DNA of 58,319 nt from Bacteroidales bacterium (GTDB lineage: Bacteria > Bacteroidota > Bacteroidia > Bacteroidales > Paludibacteraceae): assembly GCA_900767595.1 (NCBI GenBank), contig CAAFZS010000052.1, positions 1 through 58,319 of the forward strand. The letters are read 5' to 3'. Positions 19,132 through 32,900 of this stretch are shown piece after piece (the first letter of the stretch is position 1; each line of letters begins with the position of its first letter). The position numbers and the translations under genes were made by a program. Below the pieces are notes generated by a model. It made no database searches. It was given only the letters and a program-made list of their open reading frames with translations, and was not told where the DNA came from.

Positions 19132-20282
19132 CTTTTCTTGAACGCAAACAATGGCTCGAACAGCAGCATAAAGCGCTAATCAACCGACCGAATAAGGCTC
19201 TGCCTTCGTTTAACGGTATCTATACCCGTTATCAGTATCCTGTTCTTACGGGCGATCACGCCCCCTTGACATGGTGCTTCGACTTTGACGAAAAGCGTAA
19301 CCCCTACCTTATGGAGCGAATCGGTATCCATGCGGCTTTCAATGCCGGAGCTATCTACCTCAATAACAAATACTATGTCGTTGCCCGCGTGGAAGGCAAT
19401 GACCGTAAGTCATTCTTCGCTGTTGCCGAGTCCGATAACGGCATCGACGGTTTCCGCTTCTGGCCGGAACCTATCACTATGCCCGAGTACGGCAAACCCG
19501 CCACGAACATCTACGATATGCGTCTTACCAAACATGAGGACGGATGGATATACGGTCTATTCTGCGTAGAACGTCACGACGATAGCCAACCCAATGACCT
19601 CAGCGCCGCTACGGCGGCTTGCGGTATCGCTCGCACCCACGACCTTAAGACATGGGAGCGGCTGCCCGATTTGGTGGCCTCAACACAACAACGTAATGTG
19701 GTACTCCATCCGGAGTTTGTGAAGGGTAAATATGCCCTCTATACCCGTCCGCAAGACGGATTTATCGATGCCGGCAATGGTGGCGGTATCGGCTGGGCAT
19801 TAGTAGATGATATCACTCACGCTGAGGTGAAAGAGGAAACCATCATCGACCGCCGTTACTACCATACGATTAAGGAAGTGAAGAACGGCGAGGGACCGCA
19901 TCCTATCAAGACGAAACAAGGCTGGTTGCATCTTGCTCACGGAGTACGCGGCTGCGCGTCGGGTTTGCGTTACGTACTGTATATGTATATGACCGCTCTT
20001 GATGAGCCTTGGAAACCCATTGCTCAACCCGGAGGGTTCTTTATGGCGCCCGAGAATGAGGAGTATATCGGCGATGTGATGAATGTTCTGTTCTCCAATG
20101 GTTGGATAGTAAACGAAAAAGGCGAAGTCTTTATCTACTACGCCTCCTCGGATACCCGTCTGCACGTCGCTACTTCGACCGTTGACCAACTGGTGGACTA
20201 TTGTTTGCATACGCCTGCCGATGGTTTGACTACCGGTGTCAGCGTGAGAGCCATACGCGACCTAATCGCAAAGGGAAAATAA
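19128..20282 (+). CDS. GH130 4-O-beta-D-mannosyl-D-glucose phosphorylase
   Basis: 384 aa. Blocks RYQYPVLT, NPYLMERIG, DRKSFFAVAESDNGIDGFRFW and QQRNVVLHPEF are as I recall them from the characterised Bacteroides fragilis enzyme. Confidence 0.85.
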   Translation: MTFLERKQWLEQQHKALINRPNKALPSFNGIYTRYQYPVLTGDHAPLTWCFDFDEKRNPYLMERIGIHAAFNAGAIYLNNKYYVVARVEGNDRKSFFAVAESDNGIDGFRFWPEPITMPEYGKPATNIYDMRLTKHEDGWIYGLFCVERHDDSQPNDLSAATAACGIARTHDLKTWERLPDLVASTQQRNVVLHPEFVKGKYALYTRPQDGFIDAGNGGGIGWALVDDITHAEVKEETIIDRRYYHTIKEVKNGEGPHPIKTKQGWLHLAHGVRGCASGLRYVLYMYMTALDEPWKPIAQPGGFFMAPENEEYIGDVMNVLFSNGWIVNEKGEVFIYYASSDTRLHVATSTVDQLVDYCLHTPADGLTTGVSVRAIRDLIAKGK

Positions 20283-20831
20283 GTCGGCACGGGGATTGAT
20301 GAGCATTACGGGGACCTGGCTGCGCGCAATAGCGTGCCGCTCGGGTGGACCGAAAATCAGGTCATCCAATCCGTATTCCCTGCTCGCCGTTAAGATGAGC
20401 AGGTCGTTTTTCCACTCGGCTTGCCGTTCGACCGCCTCTTTGGATAAGTTAAAACTATTTTTCTTAGCCTGCAAGACGCGATAGCGAATGGTTTCGCCCG
20501 TTCGCTGCTTGACTGCCTCTATATGCGTGATGATCTTGTCTAAGTTCTGCTTTGCCTTCGAGCCATAGTCGTTCGCTAAAAGTAGCATTATCTCCGCTCC
20601 CGTCTTACGGGCAAGGTAGGTGCAGATCTCGGATTTATAGACCTCCTCTTCGAGGAACGTGATGGGGACGAGGATATGGGAGTAGAGGGGTAGGGGAGTA
20701 GAGGAGTAGGGTAGATTCATTGTATCCGTGATGAAGACATACGGACGGCGCTCGTCACGACAGTCGTTGAGGTGACGCTGGATAATCGACGCGCGATTCA
20801 GACAGTGAATATATCGTATATCCTCATCCAT
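20262..20831 (-). CDS. universal stress protein (UspA-family)
   Basis: 189 aa with ILVPITF...LLILTASRE...PVMLI in a Usp-like layout. ATG 20720 is an alternative start. Hosts repeat 20678-20714. Confidence 0.55.
   Translation of the reverse strand: MDEDIRYIHCLNRASIIQRHLNDCRDERRPYVFITDTMNLPYSSTPLPLYSHILVPITFLEEEVYKSEICTYLARKTGAEIMLLLANDYGSKAKQNLDKIITHIEAVKQRTGETIRYRVLQAKKNSFNLSKEAVERQAEWKNDLLILTASREYGLDDLIFGPPERHAIARSQVPVMLINPRADLFSLCD
20678..20714 (-). repeat. mini-repeat family F, in frame in the Usp gene
   Basis: The plus strand reads gggagtagaggggtaggggagtagaggagtagggtag. The minus sense strand encodes LPYSSTPLPLYS. Confidence 0.9.
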
Positions 20832-22338
20832 GAAGGAACCGTTTCCATTTTCTAAGTAGTTGCTTCAGATATTCGAGGTGGCGTAACTGATGGTACTTCG
20901 TCCAACTGACGAAGGCTAGGAGTAATCCTTGACAGATAAGACCTGCTACCACATAACCTATCCATCGGTCTTCGGGGTCTAAATCAAACCCTTCCGGTGC
21001 GATAAAGATATAACTGACACTCACCATCGTCATAAACAGGGCGGGAATAAGCGTAAGCATATACCCATGCTCTTTCTTATGAGAATAGAGGTACAGCGTA
21101 GCCGACCAGAGGATGAAGACGGAGATGGTCTGGTTCGTCCAAGAGAAATAACGCCAAACAATATCGAAATTAACAAACGCCATTCCAAACACGGCTGCGA
21201 ACAACGGCAGCGCAATGAGAAGTCGATTGCGGATGGGTTTTTGGTCAAGGTGCAGGAAGTCCGCTACCGTCAATCGCGCACTGCGTAACGCGGTGTCACC
21301 CGAAGTGACAGGAGCAACCACGACACCCAAAACCGCTAAGAATCCTCCCACTTTGCCGAGCCATGTCTTACTGATCTTATCCACTACCAATGCGGCAATG
21401 TTTTCTCCCGGGTGTTGCGCCGCAAACGCTTGCAGACCGTCAATACCATACACTCCGTGGATAGGGTCAGCAAAGAATGTACCTGCGGCAGCTGCCCAAA
21501 TAAGGGCAAGAATACCTTCAGCCACCATCGCTCCATAGAAGATCCAACGCCCTTGACGCTCGTTGGTCAAACAACGCGCCATTAGCGGCGACTGCGTGCT
21601 GTGGAAACCACTGATAGCACCACAAGCAATACTGACGAACATCATCGGGAAGAGCGGCATACCGTTGGTCTGACGGTTGTATAAACCGTCGGTGATTTCG
21701 GGCATCTCCATACTATGCCAACCGAGCATGATGACCATAATACCAATACCCATAAAGAGAAGCACTGCACCAAAAATAGGATAGAAACGTCCAATCAGTT
21801 TATCCACGGGCAGTAAGGTGGCTAAGGTATAATAGAGGAAGATAATCCCTAACCAGATATACCACGAAGGTAGTGGGCACATGCCTTGTAATAGGGTGGC
21901 AGGTCCGGTCATAAACGTAGTCGTAAGCAGTATCAGCAGGACGAGAATGAAAATACGTACCAGAAAACCTAACCCCGGGCCAATCTCATCCTTGACAATC
22001 TCCGGCATAGAAGCGCCATTTTTGCGAACGGATAACATTCCTGCCATATAATCGTGAACGCCACCGCCAAAGATGGTCCCGAACACAATCCATAGGAAAG
22101 CTGCCGGACCAAAGAAAATACCCATGATGGCACCAAAGATAGGACCTAATCCCGCAATGTTCAAAAACTGAACAAGGAAAATACGCCAACCTGCCATCGG
22201 TACATAATCCACTCCGTCAGGATGTGCCACGGCAGGCGTCTTGGCAACAGGATTGATTCCAAAGATTTTTTCTACCAGCCTTCCATACAAAAAGAAACCG
22301 GCAACAAGAAGCACAAGGGCTATAATGAAAGTATACAT
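20824..22338 (-). CDS. cstA: carbon starvation protein A (peptide/pyruvate transporter)
   Basis: 504 aa and polytopic, with a CstA-like N-terminus MYTFIIALVLLVAGFFLYGRLVEKIFG. Confidence 0.85.
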   Translation of the reverse strand: MYTFIIALVLLVAGFFLYGRLVEKIFGINPVAKTPAVAHPDGVDYVPMAGWRIFLVQFLNIAGLGPIFGAIMGIFFGPAAFLWIVFGTIFGGGVHDYMAGMLSVRKNGASMPEIVKDEIGPGLGFLVRIFILVLLILLTTTFMTGPATLLQGMCPLPSWYIWLGIIFLYYTLATLLPVDKLIGRFYPIFGAVLLFMGIGIMVIMLGWHSMEMPEITDGLYNRQTNGMPLFPMMFVSIACGAISGFHSTQSPLMARCLTNERQGRWIFYGAMVAEGILALIWAAAAGTFFADPIHGVYGIDGLQAFAAQHPGENIAALVVDKISKTWLGKVGGFLAVLGVVVAPVTSGDTALRSARLTVADFLHLDQKPIRNRLLIALPLFAAVFGMAFVNFDIVWRYFSWTNQTISVFILWSATLYLYSHKKEHGYMLTLIPALFMTMVSVSYIFIAPEGFDLDPEDRWIGYVVAGLICQGLLLAFVSWTKYHQLRHLEYLKQLLRKWKRFLHG

Positions 22339-23167
22339 TGTTGTATAAGTTTTTGAATTGTTTCTGAATTAGGAACGAGTGGCAGACGCAACCGATTATG
22401 AATCATTCCCATCTGGCTGAGTACGGTCTTTATCCCACTTGGGTTACCCTCAATAAATAAATATTTAATCAGTTCAGCATAATGCGCCTGTAGTTTGCTA
22501 TCCGCTTGGTGCACAATCTGACCAAACGCATGAGGATAAGCATTCGACGCTACGGATATCAAACCATCCGCTCCTGCGGCCATCCCTTCGGCTGCAAGAC
22601 CATCATCGCCGAGGAATACTTTAAAACCCTTCCCAATCTCTTGTTTGATCTGTTCGAGGTTGCCGGAGGCTTCCTTGATACCCATAATCTTATCGGGAGC
22701 GGCTTCGTAAATACGCATTACCGTTTCGGGCAATAGGTTCACGCCCGTGCGCCCGGGCACGTTATATAATATAATAGGTACAGGACTGACCTTTGCTATC
22801 GCAACGAAATGCTGATACAATCCTTCTTGGGAAGGTTTGTTGTAGTAAGGAGTGACACTCAAAATTGCGGCGCAATCCTTGATTATTGAAGATTGAAGAT
22901 TGAAGATTGAAGATTGAACTGCTTGGGTGTTATTACCTCCCAAACCAAGGACGAGAGGGAGACGACCCTTGACTTTCTCAACGACAAAGTTCCAAACGGA
23001 GGTTTTTTCCTCCTCGGTCATTGTGGCCGCTTCGGCCGTCGTGCCGAGAACCACAAGGAAATCGACCTTGCCATCTATTTGTTTTTGCAAAAGTTTATCC
23101 AATCCTTCATAATCCACTGAACCATCAGGGAGGAAAGGAGTTATTAGTGCAGTACCGAGTCCGTGTA

Positions 23168-23171
<4 letters not shown>
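22320..23171 (-). CDS. dapA: 4-hydroxy-tetrahydrodipicolinate synthase
   Basis: Contains GTALITPF...VVLGTTAEAATMT...YNVPGRTG...IKEASG. Hosts repeat 22881-22918, which encodes [11 protein letters not shown]. Confidence 0.9.
22881..22918 (-). repeat. mini-repeat family A, in frame in dapA
   Basis: The plus strand has attgaag x4 perfect units plus partial flanks. The sense strand encodes [11 protein letters not shown]. Confidence 0.95.
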
Positions 23172-27229
<4,058 letters not shown>

Positions 27230-27240
27230 ATTTTGAGGCG

Positions 27241-27272
27241 CAAAGTTACACTTTTTTTTGCATATGTGCAAA
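27241..27272 (-). promoter_or_regulatory. divergent promoter (-7 TAACTTTG) for the EEP nuclease-ligA operon
   Basis: Reverse complement of caaagtta at 27241-27248 and of caaa at 27269-27272. Overlaps the plus-strand promoter around the palindrome tgcatatgtgca. Confidence 0.55.
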
Positions 27273-27288
27273 CTTTTTTGTAATTTTG
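27257..27288 (+). promoter_or_regulatory. promoter (-33 TTTG / -7 TAATTTTG) for ftsB-like and ruvC
   Basis: TTTG at 27257-27260 and TAATTTTG at 27281-27288, with a 20-nt spacer. Confidence 0.6.
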
Positions 27289-27296
27289 CACCCGAA

Positions 27297-27605
27297 ATGC
27301 AAATAAATTGGTCAAAAATAGGCGATTGGTGTAAAAAATACTTGTTGAACAAGTATTCTATTACCCTTTTTGTGTTTTTCGTGGTCATTCTATTCGTTGG
27401 GAATCAGAGTCTACTCCAACGGATGCGTCGTGCCCACCAAATTCACCAATTGGAACGCCGATTGGAGCAATATCATCAAGGGACTCAACAAGCGCAGCGC
27501 GAACTGATGTTTTTGCTCAATCCGGATAGCTTGGAAAAATATGCACGTGAAAAATACTACATGCATACTGAGGAGGAGGATGTATATATTGTACCCGAAA
27601 AATGA
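27297..27605 (+). CDS. FtsB/DivIC-like septum formation initiator
   Basis: ORF trimmed to ATG 27297. Single TM helix followed by a coiled coil (LERRLEQYHQGTQQAQREL). Confidence 0.5.
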   Translation: MQINWSKIGDWCKKYLLNKYSITLFVFFVVILFVGNQSLLQRMRRAHQIHQLERRLEQYHQGTQQAQRELMFLLNPDSLEKYAREKYYMHTEEEDVYIVPEK

Positions 27606-28228
27606 TAGACAAACTGGTTTCTCATCATCGTATTTTAGGGATTGACCCGGGTACTCTTTTTATGGGTTGGGCGATCCTGGACACCGAAGGCCAAAAAGTG
27701 CAAATTGTGGACTTCGGCGTAGAGGATGTGCACAAGTTAGACGGGCAATATGCAAGGCTGCAAAAAGAGTTCTTTTTCTTGCAGAAACTGATTGATAATC
27801 AGCACCCTACAGAACTTGCTATTGAAACGCAGTTTGTGGATAAAAATCCCCAAACGATGATCAAGATTGTGCATGCGCAAGGGGTGGCTATTGCGGCGGC
27901 TTTAAGCCGGGATTTGCCCATCAACGAGTACTCTCCTATGAAGGTCAAGATGGCGATTACGGGGAATGGTCATTCAGACAAGTCGCAGGTGGCGGATATG
28001 CTGCAACGGTTCTTGAAGATTCCCGACGAGAAAATGCCGAAAAAGTTAGACGCGACGGATGCGTTAGGAATTGCTTATTGTCATTTCTTGCAGTTGGGAT
28101 TACCGCTAAAAGCAGAGCACGGAGCGAAAGACTGGACAACTTTTGCAAAGCAAAAGGGATTGGCTTCAACCCCATTGACAGGACCGAATGCACAGTTGAT
28201 GGCAGCGCTTGCGAAAAAAAAGAAATAA
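27602..28228 (+). CDS. ruvC: crossover junction endodeoxyribonuclease RuvC
   Basis: Contains RILGIDPGTLFMGWAIL...LAIETQF...DATDALGIAYCH. Confidence 0.9.
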   Translation: MIDKLVSHHRILGIDPGTLFMGWAILDTEGQKVQIVDFGVEDVHKLDGQYARLQKEFFFLQKLIDNQHPTELAIETQFVDKNPQTMIKIVHAQGVAIAAALSRDLPINEYSPMKVKMAITGNGHSDKSQVADMLQRFLKIPDEKMPKKLDATDALGIAYCHFLQLGLPLKAEHGAKDWTTFAKQKGLASTPLTGPNAQLMAALAKKKK

Positions 28229-28255
28229 GATATTTTGCACTTTTTTCAAAATATA

Positions 28256-28287
28256 TTTGGTTATATCAAAAAAAAGTCGTATCTTTG
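28256..28287 (+). promoter_or_regulatory. promoter (-33 TTTG / -7 TATCTTTG) for ferredoxin
   Basis: TTTG at 28256-28259 and TATCTTTG at 28280-28287, with a 20-nt spacer. Confidence 0.6.
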
Positions 28288-28335
28288 CACTCGATTTTAA
28301 AAATCAACACTAAGTATAACTTAAAAATCAGTATT

Positions 28336-28500
28336 ATGGCTTACGTTATTTCTGATGATTGTATCGCTTGTGGCACTTGTAAAGATGAGTGCCCGATGGG
28401 AGCTATCTCCGAAGGCGATCATTATTCCATTGACCCTGATGTATGCACCGAATGCGGTACATGCGCAGACGTCTGCCCGAGCGGCGCAATTTCTAAATAA
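28336..28500 (+). CDS. 2x[4Fe-4S] ferredoxin
   Basis: 54 aa: MAYVISDDCIACGTCKDECP...CTECGTCADVCP. Has its own promoter (28256-28287) and terminator (28521-28555). Confidence 0.9.
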   Translation: MAYVISDDCIACGTCKDECPMGAISEGDHYSIDPDVCTECGTCADVCPSGAISK

Positions 28501-28520
28501 ATTGTCGTTAAGGAGGATTG

Positions 28521-28555
28521 GAAAGGGACTGCAAGGCAGTTCCTTTCTTTTTTTT
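28521..28555 (+). terminator. intrinsic terminator after ferredoxin
   Basis: gaaagggactgc-aagg-cagttcctttc followed by a run of 8 T. Confidence 0.7.
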
Positions 28556-28596
28556 GCCTTTTTTGACACTTTTTTATATTAAAATTGCGCGCGCGC

Positions 28597-28627
28597 TTGC
28601 ATATATGAAAAAAAAGTTGTATCTTTG
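28597..28627 (+). promoter_or_regulatory. promoter (-33 TTG / -7 TATCTTTG) for the AAA ATPase
   Basis: TTG at 28597-28599 and TATCTTTG at 28620-28627. Confidence 0.5.
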
Positions 28628-28652
28628 CAGCCAAATTCAATATTTGCGCTTT

Positions 28653-29873
28653 ATGTTAGATATTTTTTATCAGATGCACGATTATTTGGTGGCACACGCA
28701 GAGATGCCTATTCGTCGATTACTTATGGATGAAATCGATTGGGAAGACCGTCTCATTGCCATCAAAGGAGGTCGCGGAGTAGGTAAAACGGATTTTTTGT
28801 TGGTACGTGCTCGCGAAGTAGAATCTCAGGTTAGTGATGAGGCGGCTGCCGGTGTCCGTAAGAAGAAGGCTTCCGGTCGTCCATGCTTGTATGTGAACCT
28901 GAATAATTTTTATTTCACCGAACATTCGTTGGTCGAGTTTGCTTCTACATTTGTTAAGTCCGGAGGTAAATACTTGTTCTTGGACCAGACGTTTAAGTAT
29001 CCCAACTGGTCAAAGGAGTTGCGCCGTTGTCACGATCGGTTCCGCGATTTGCATATTGTCTTCTCGGCTTCCCCCGTGATGCGGTTGGTTGAAGACAATC
29101 GGGACTTGAGCGGAATAGTGAAGATGTATAACCTTCGCGGTTTCTCGTTCCGTGAGTACTTGAATCTGCAAACGGGTTTGCACTTGCAGCCGTACACGCT
29201 GGAGGAGATTGTGCGCTCGCACGGTTCTATCTCCCGTGAGATATGCGAATATGTGCATCCTTTATATTATTTTAAGAACTATTTGCGCAGTGGCTATTTC
29301 CCCTCTTATCGGGAGAATAAGGATTATCAGACGGAGCTGCTGAAGATGATGAATATGATGTTGGAGGTGGATATCTTGATTATCAAGCAGATTGATGTAT
29401 CGTGTTTGCCGAAGCTTCGTAAACTGCTGCACATCATGCTGCGGGAGGCGCCATGCGCCTTGAACATTAGTAATATATCGGAGGATATATCAATGTCTCG
29501 TGCAACCACGATGAACTATATCAAGTGCTTGAAAGATGCGCGTTTGTTGAATCTGTTATATATGGATGGTAAGCAATATCCGATGAAGCCCACGAAGGTG
29601 TATATGCAGAATACGAATATTGCCCACATGGCTTTAGAAAGAAATATGTCGCCTATGGAGGAGTATGAGACGTATTTCTATCAGGCATTGCATTCGGACC
29701 ACAAGGTGAATGCGACGGAGCGCAATGCGATGTTTGTGGTGGATGGTAAGTACTATTTCGATGTGAAAGAACATGTTACCGAGCGGGATAGTATTCGTCC
29801 GTGTGCGGTGGGAGATTTAGAGACCGGACGTGGCAATTTCATGCCCTTGTGGCTCCTTGGGTTCTTGTATTAA
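28653..29873 (+). CDS. AAA-family ATPase (AAA_14/DUF4143-like)
   Basis: ORF trimmed to ATG 28653. Walker A GGRGVGKT. Promoter at 28597-28627. Confidence 0.6.
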   Translation: MLDIFYQMHDYLVAHAEMPIRRLLMDEIDWEDRLIAIKGGRGVGKTDFLLVRAREVESQVSDEAAAGVRKKKASGRPCLYVNLNNFYFTEHSLVEFASTFVKSGGKYLFLDQTFKYPNWSKELRRCHDRFRDLHIVFSASPVMRLVEDNRDLSGIVKMYNLRGFSFREYLNLQTGLHLQPYTLEEIVRSHGSISREICEYVHPLYYFKNYLRSGYFPSYRENKDYQTELLKMMNMMLEVDILIIKQIDVSCLPKLRKLLHIMLREAPCALNISNISEDISMSRATTMNYIKCLKDARLLNLLYMDGKQYPMKPTKVYMQNTNIAHMALERNMSPMEEYETYFYQALHSDHKVNATERNAMFVVDGKYYFDVKEHVTERDSIRPCAVGDLETGRGNFMPLWLLGFLY

Positions 29874-29893
29874 AGTGAAAGTGAGAGTGAATT
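29873..29893 (+). repeat. mini-repeat family H (AGTGAA), intergenic after the AAA ATPase stop
   Basis: aagtgaaagtgagagtgaatt. Confidence 0.6.
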
Positions 29894-29923
29894 GAAAAAT
29901 TAACAATAAAGATAACAAATAAT

Positions 29924-32900
29924 ATGAAAGAGAAAAAATTTTTAACTTGTGATGGTAATACGGCTGCGGCGCATATTGCGTATATGTTCACCGAGGTAGC
30001 CGCTATCTATCCTATCACCCCTTCTTCTCCTATGGCAGAGAATGTGGACGAGTGGGCTGCTGCCGGTCGCCAGAATATGTTTGGAGAACAAGTATTAGTT
30101 CAGGAAATGCAGTCTGAAGGAGGTGCTGCCGGTGCGGTTCACGGTTCGCTCGCTGCCGGTGCGTTGACCACTACATTCACCGCCAGTCAAGGTCTGCTGC
30201 TGATGATTCCGAATATGTACAAGATTGCGGGCGAGTTGATTCCGACCGTCTTCCATGTATCGGCGCGTACATTGGCTAGCCACGTTCTTTGTATCTTTGG
30301 TGACCACCAAGATGTGATGGCTTGTCGTCAAACAGGTTTCGCCATGTTGGCGGAAGGTAGTGTACAAGAAGTGATGGATTTGGCGGGTGTGGCTCATTTG
30401 AGTACGATTAAGAGTCGGGTTCCGTTCTTGAACTTCTTTGACGGATTCCGTACCTCGCACGAGTATCAGAAAGTAGAAGTAGTGGATATGGAAGACCTCC
30501 GTCCGCTTGTGGATATGGAGGCATTACAAGAGTTCCGTCAAAGGGCTTTGAGTCCGATGCGTCCGGTGATGCGCGGTATGGCGGAGAACCCAGACGTGTT
30601 CTTCACGCATCGCGAAAGCAGTAATACGTATTATAATAAGGTGGCGGATATCGTTTCCGATTATATGAAGGAGATATCGAAGATTACGGGTCGCGAGTAT
30701 CGTCCCTTCAGTTACTATGGTGCTGCTGATGCAGAGCATATAGTGATAGCGATGGGTAGTGTATGCGAGTGCTTGAAAGAGGTGATTGATTATGAGGCTG
30801 CCAAGGGACATAAACTCGGTATGATCAACGTGCACCTCTATCGTCCTTTCTCCTTGAAGTATTTGCAAGAGGCATTGCCTAAGTCGGTGAAGCGTATTTG
30901 CGTACTGGATCGTACCAAAGAGCCGGGTGCTAATGGTGAACCATTGTATCTGGATGTGAAAGACGCTTTGCAAGAACTTGGATTGAGTTCCATCGAAGTG
31001 GTTGGCGGCCGTTACGGTTTAGGTAGTTGTGATACCACGCCGGCACAGATGATTGCTGTTTATGAGAACCTGAACTTGCCGCAACCAAAGAACCATTTTA
31101 CGGTAGGTATCAACGATGATGTAACCTTTACCTCGTTGCCCGTGGGCGAAGAGATTGCTATGGGCGACAAGAGTTTGTTCCAAGCCAAGTTCTATGGTTT
31201 GGGCGCTGACGGTACCGTAGGTGCCAATAAGAACTCCGTGAAGATTATTGGTGAAGGAACGAATAAGTATTGCCAAGCTTATTTCAGTTATGACAGTAAG
31301 AAATCGGGTGGTTTCACCTGCTCGCACTTGCGTTTTGGAGACGAACCTATCCGTTCTACGTATTTGGTCACGACCCCGAACTTCGTGGCTTGTCACGTGC
31401 AAGCATACTTGAAGATGTACGATGTGACACGCGGTCTGCAGAAGGGCGGTACATTCTTGCTCAATACGATTTGGAATGCCGAGGAACTCAAGCAGAACTT
31501 ACCCGATAAGGTAAAGAAATATTTTGCGGATAATAATATCCGTTGCTATTATATCAATGCTACGAAGATTGCCCAAGAGATTGGTTTAGGTAATCGTACA
31601 AATACGATTTTGCAATCCGCTTTCTTCCGTATCACGGAGGTTATTCCTGTAGAGAAAGCCGTAGAGGAGATGAAATATTTTATCCAAAAGTCGTATGGCA
31701 AGAAGGGTGAGGATGTAGTCAACAAAAACTATGCTGCGGTGGATCGCGGTGGCGAATATCACTTGCTCGACATCGATCCCGCTTGGAAGAATATTGTAGT
31801 TAAGGATGAACAAGGTGTGGCCGGTGACCCGGCGTTCATCGCTCAAGTTGTTCGTCCTATCAATGCGCAAGCCGGTGACTTACTGCCCGTTTCCGCCTTC
31901 AAGGGTATTGAGGATGGTACTTGGCCCAGCGGTACGGCTAAATATGAGAAACGCGGAGTAAGTGCTTTTGTCCCGAAGTGGAATTTAGAGAACTGTATTG
32001 AGTGTAATAAATGTGCTTACGTCTGCCCTCACGCTTGTATCCGTCCGTTCGTTTTGGACGAACAGGAAAAGCAAGGTCTTGCCGCTGAGACCCGTGAAAT
32101 GAAGGCTCCGGCTGCTCTTAAGGGTATGCATTTCCGTATGCAAGTGGGCGTGCTGGATTGCCTTGGCTGCGGTAACTGCGCGGATGTATGTCCGGGTAAT
32201 CCGAAGTTAGGCAAGGCATTGACCATGGTTCCGTTGGAGGACGAGTTAGCAGAGGCTAAGAACTGGGACTATTGTGTCAATAATGTTAAGAGCAAACAGG
32301 AACTAATTGATATCCAATCGAATGTAAAGAACTCGCAGTTCGCTACGCCTCTGTTTGAGTTCTCGGGCGCTTGCTCGGGTTGCGGTGAGACACCGTATCT
32401 GAAACTCATCAGTCAGCTCTTTGGTGACCGTGAGATTGCGGCTAATGCCACGGGTTGTACGTCCATCTATTCGGGTTCTGTTCCTTCCACACCTTATACG
32501 ACGAACGAGAAAGGACAAGGTCCGGCATGGTCGAACTCGTTGTTTGAGGACTTCTGCGAATACGGATTAGGTATGCAGATCGCTCACCGTAAGATCAAGG
32601 AGCGTCTAACTCGCCTTATGACCAAGGCGCAAGACTGCACTTGCTGCTCGGACGAACTGAAAGCAATGTTCCGCGAGTGGATAGAGAATAAGAACTCTGC
32701 TGAGGTAACCAAACGTCTTTATGAACCGATGGTAGCTGCGATGGAGAAATGCGGTTGCGATACATGTAAGGAAATATTAAAATATAAAGATCATATTGTT
32801 AAACGCAGCCAATGGATCATTGGTGGTGATGGTGCTTCGTACGATATCGGTTACGGAGGTTTAGACCACGTGATTGCTTCCGGTGAAGATGTGAATATCC

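Noticed and set aside
28587-28596. A (GC)5 tract upstream of the AAA ATPase promoter, considered as a regulatory or Z-DNA element.
   Set aside because: It is a single short occurrence with no partner site or conservation that I can assess.
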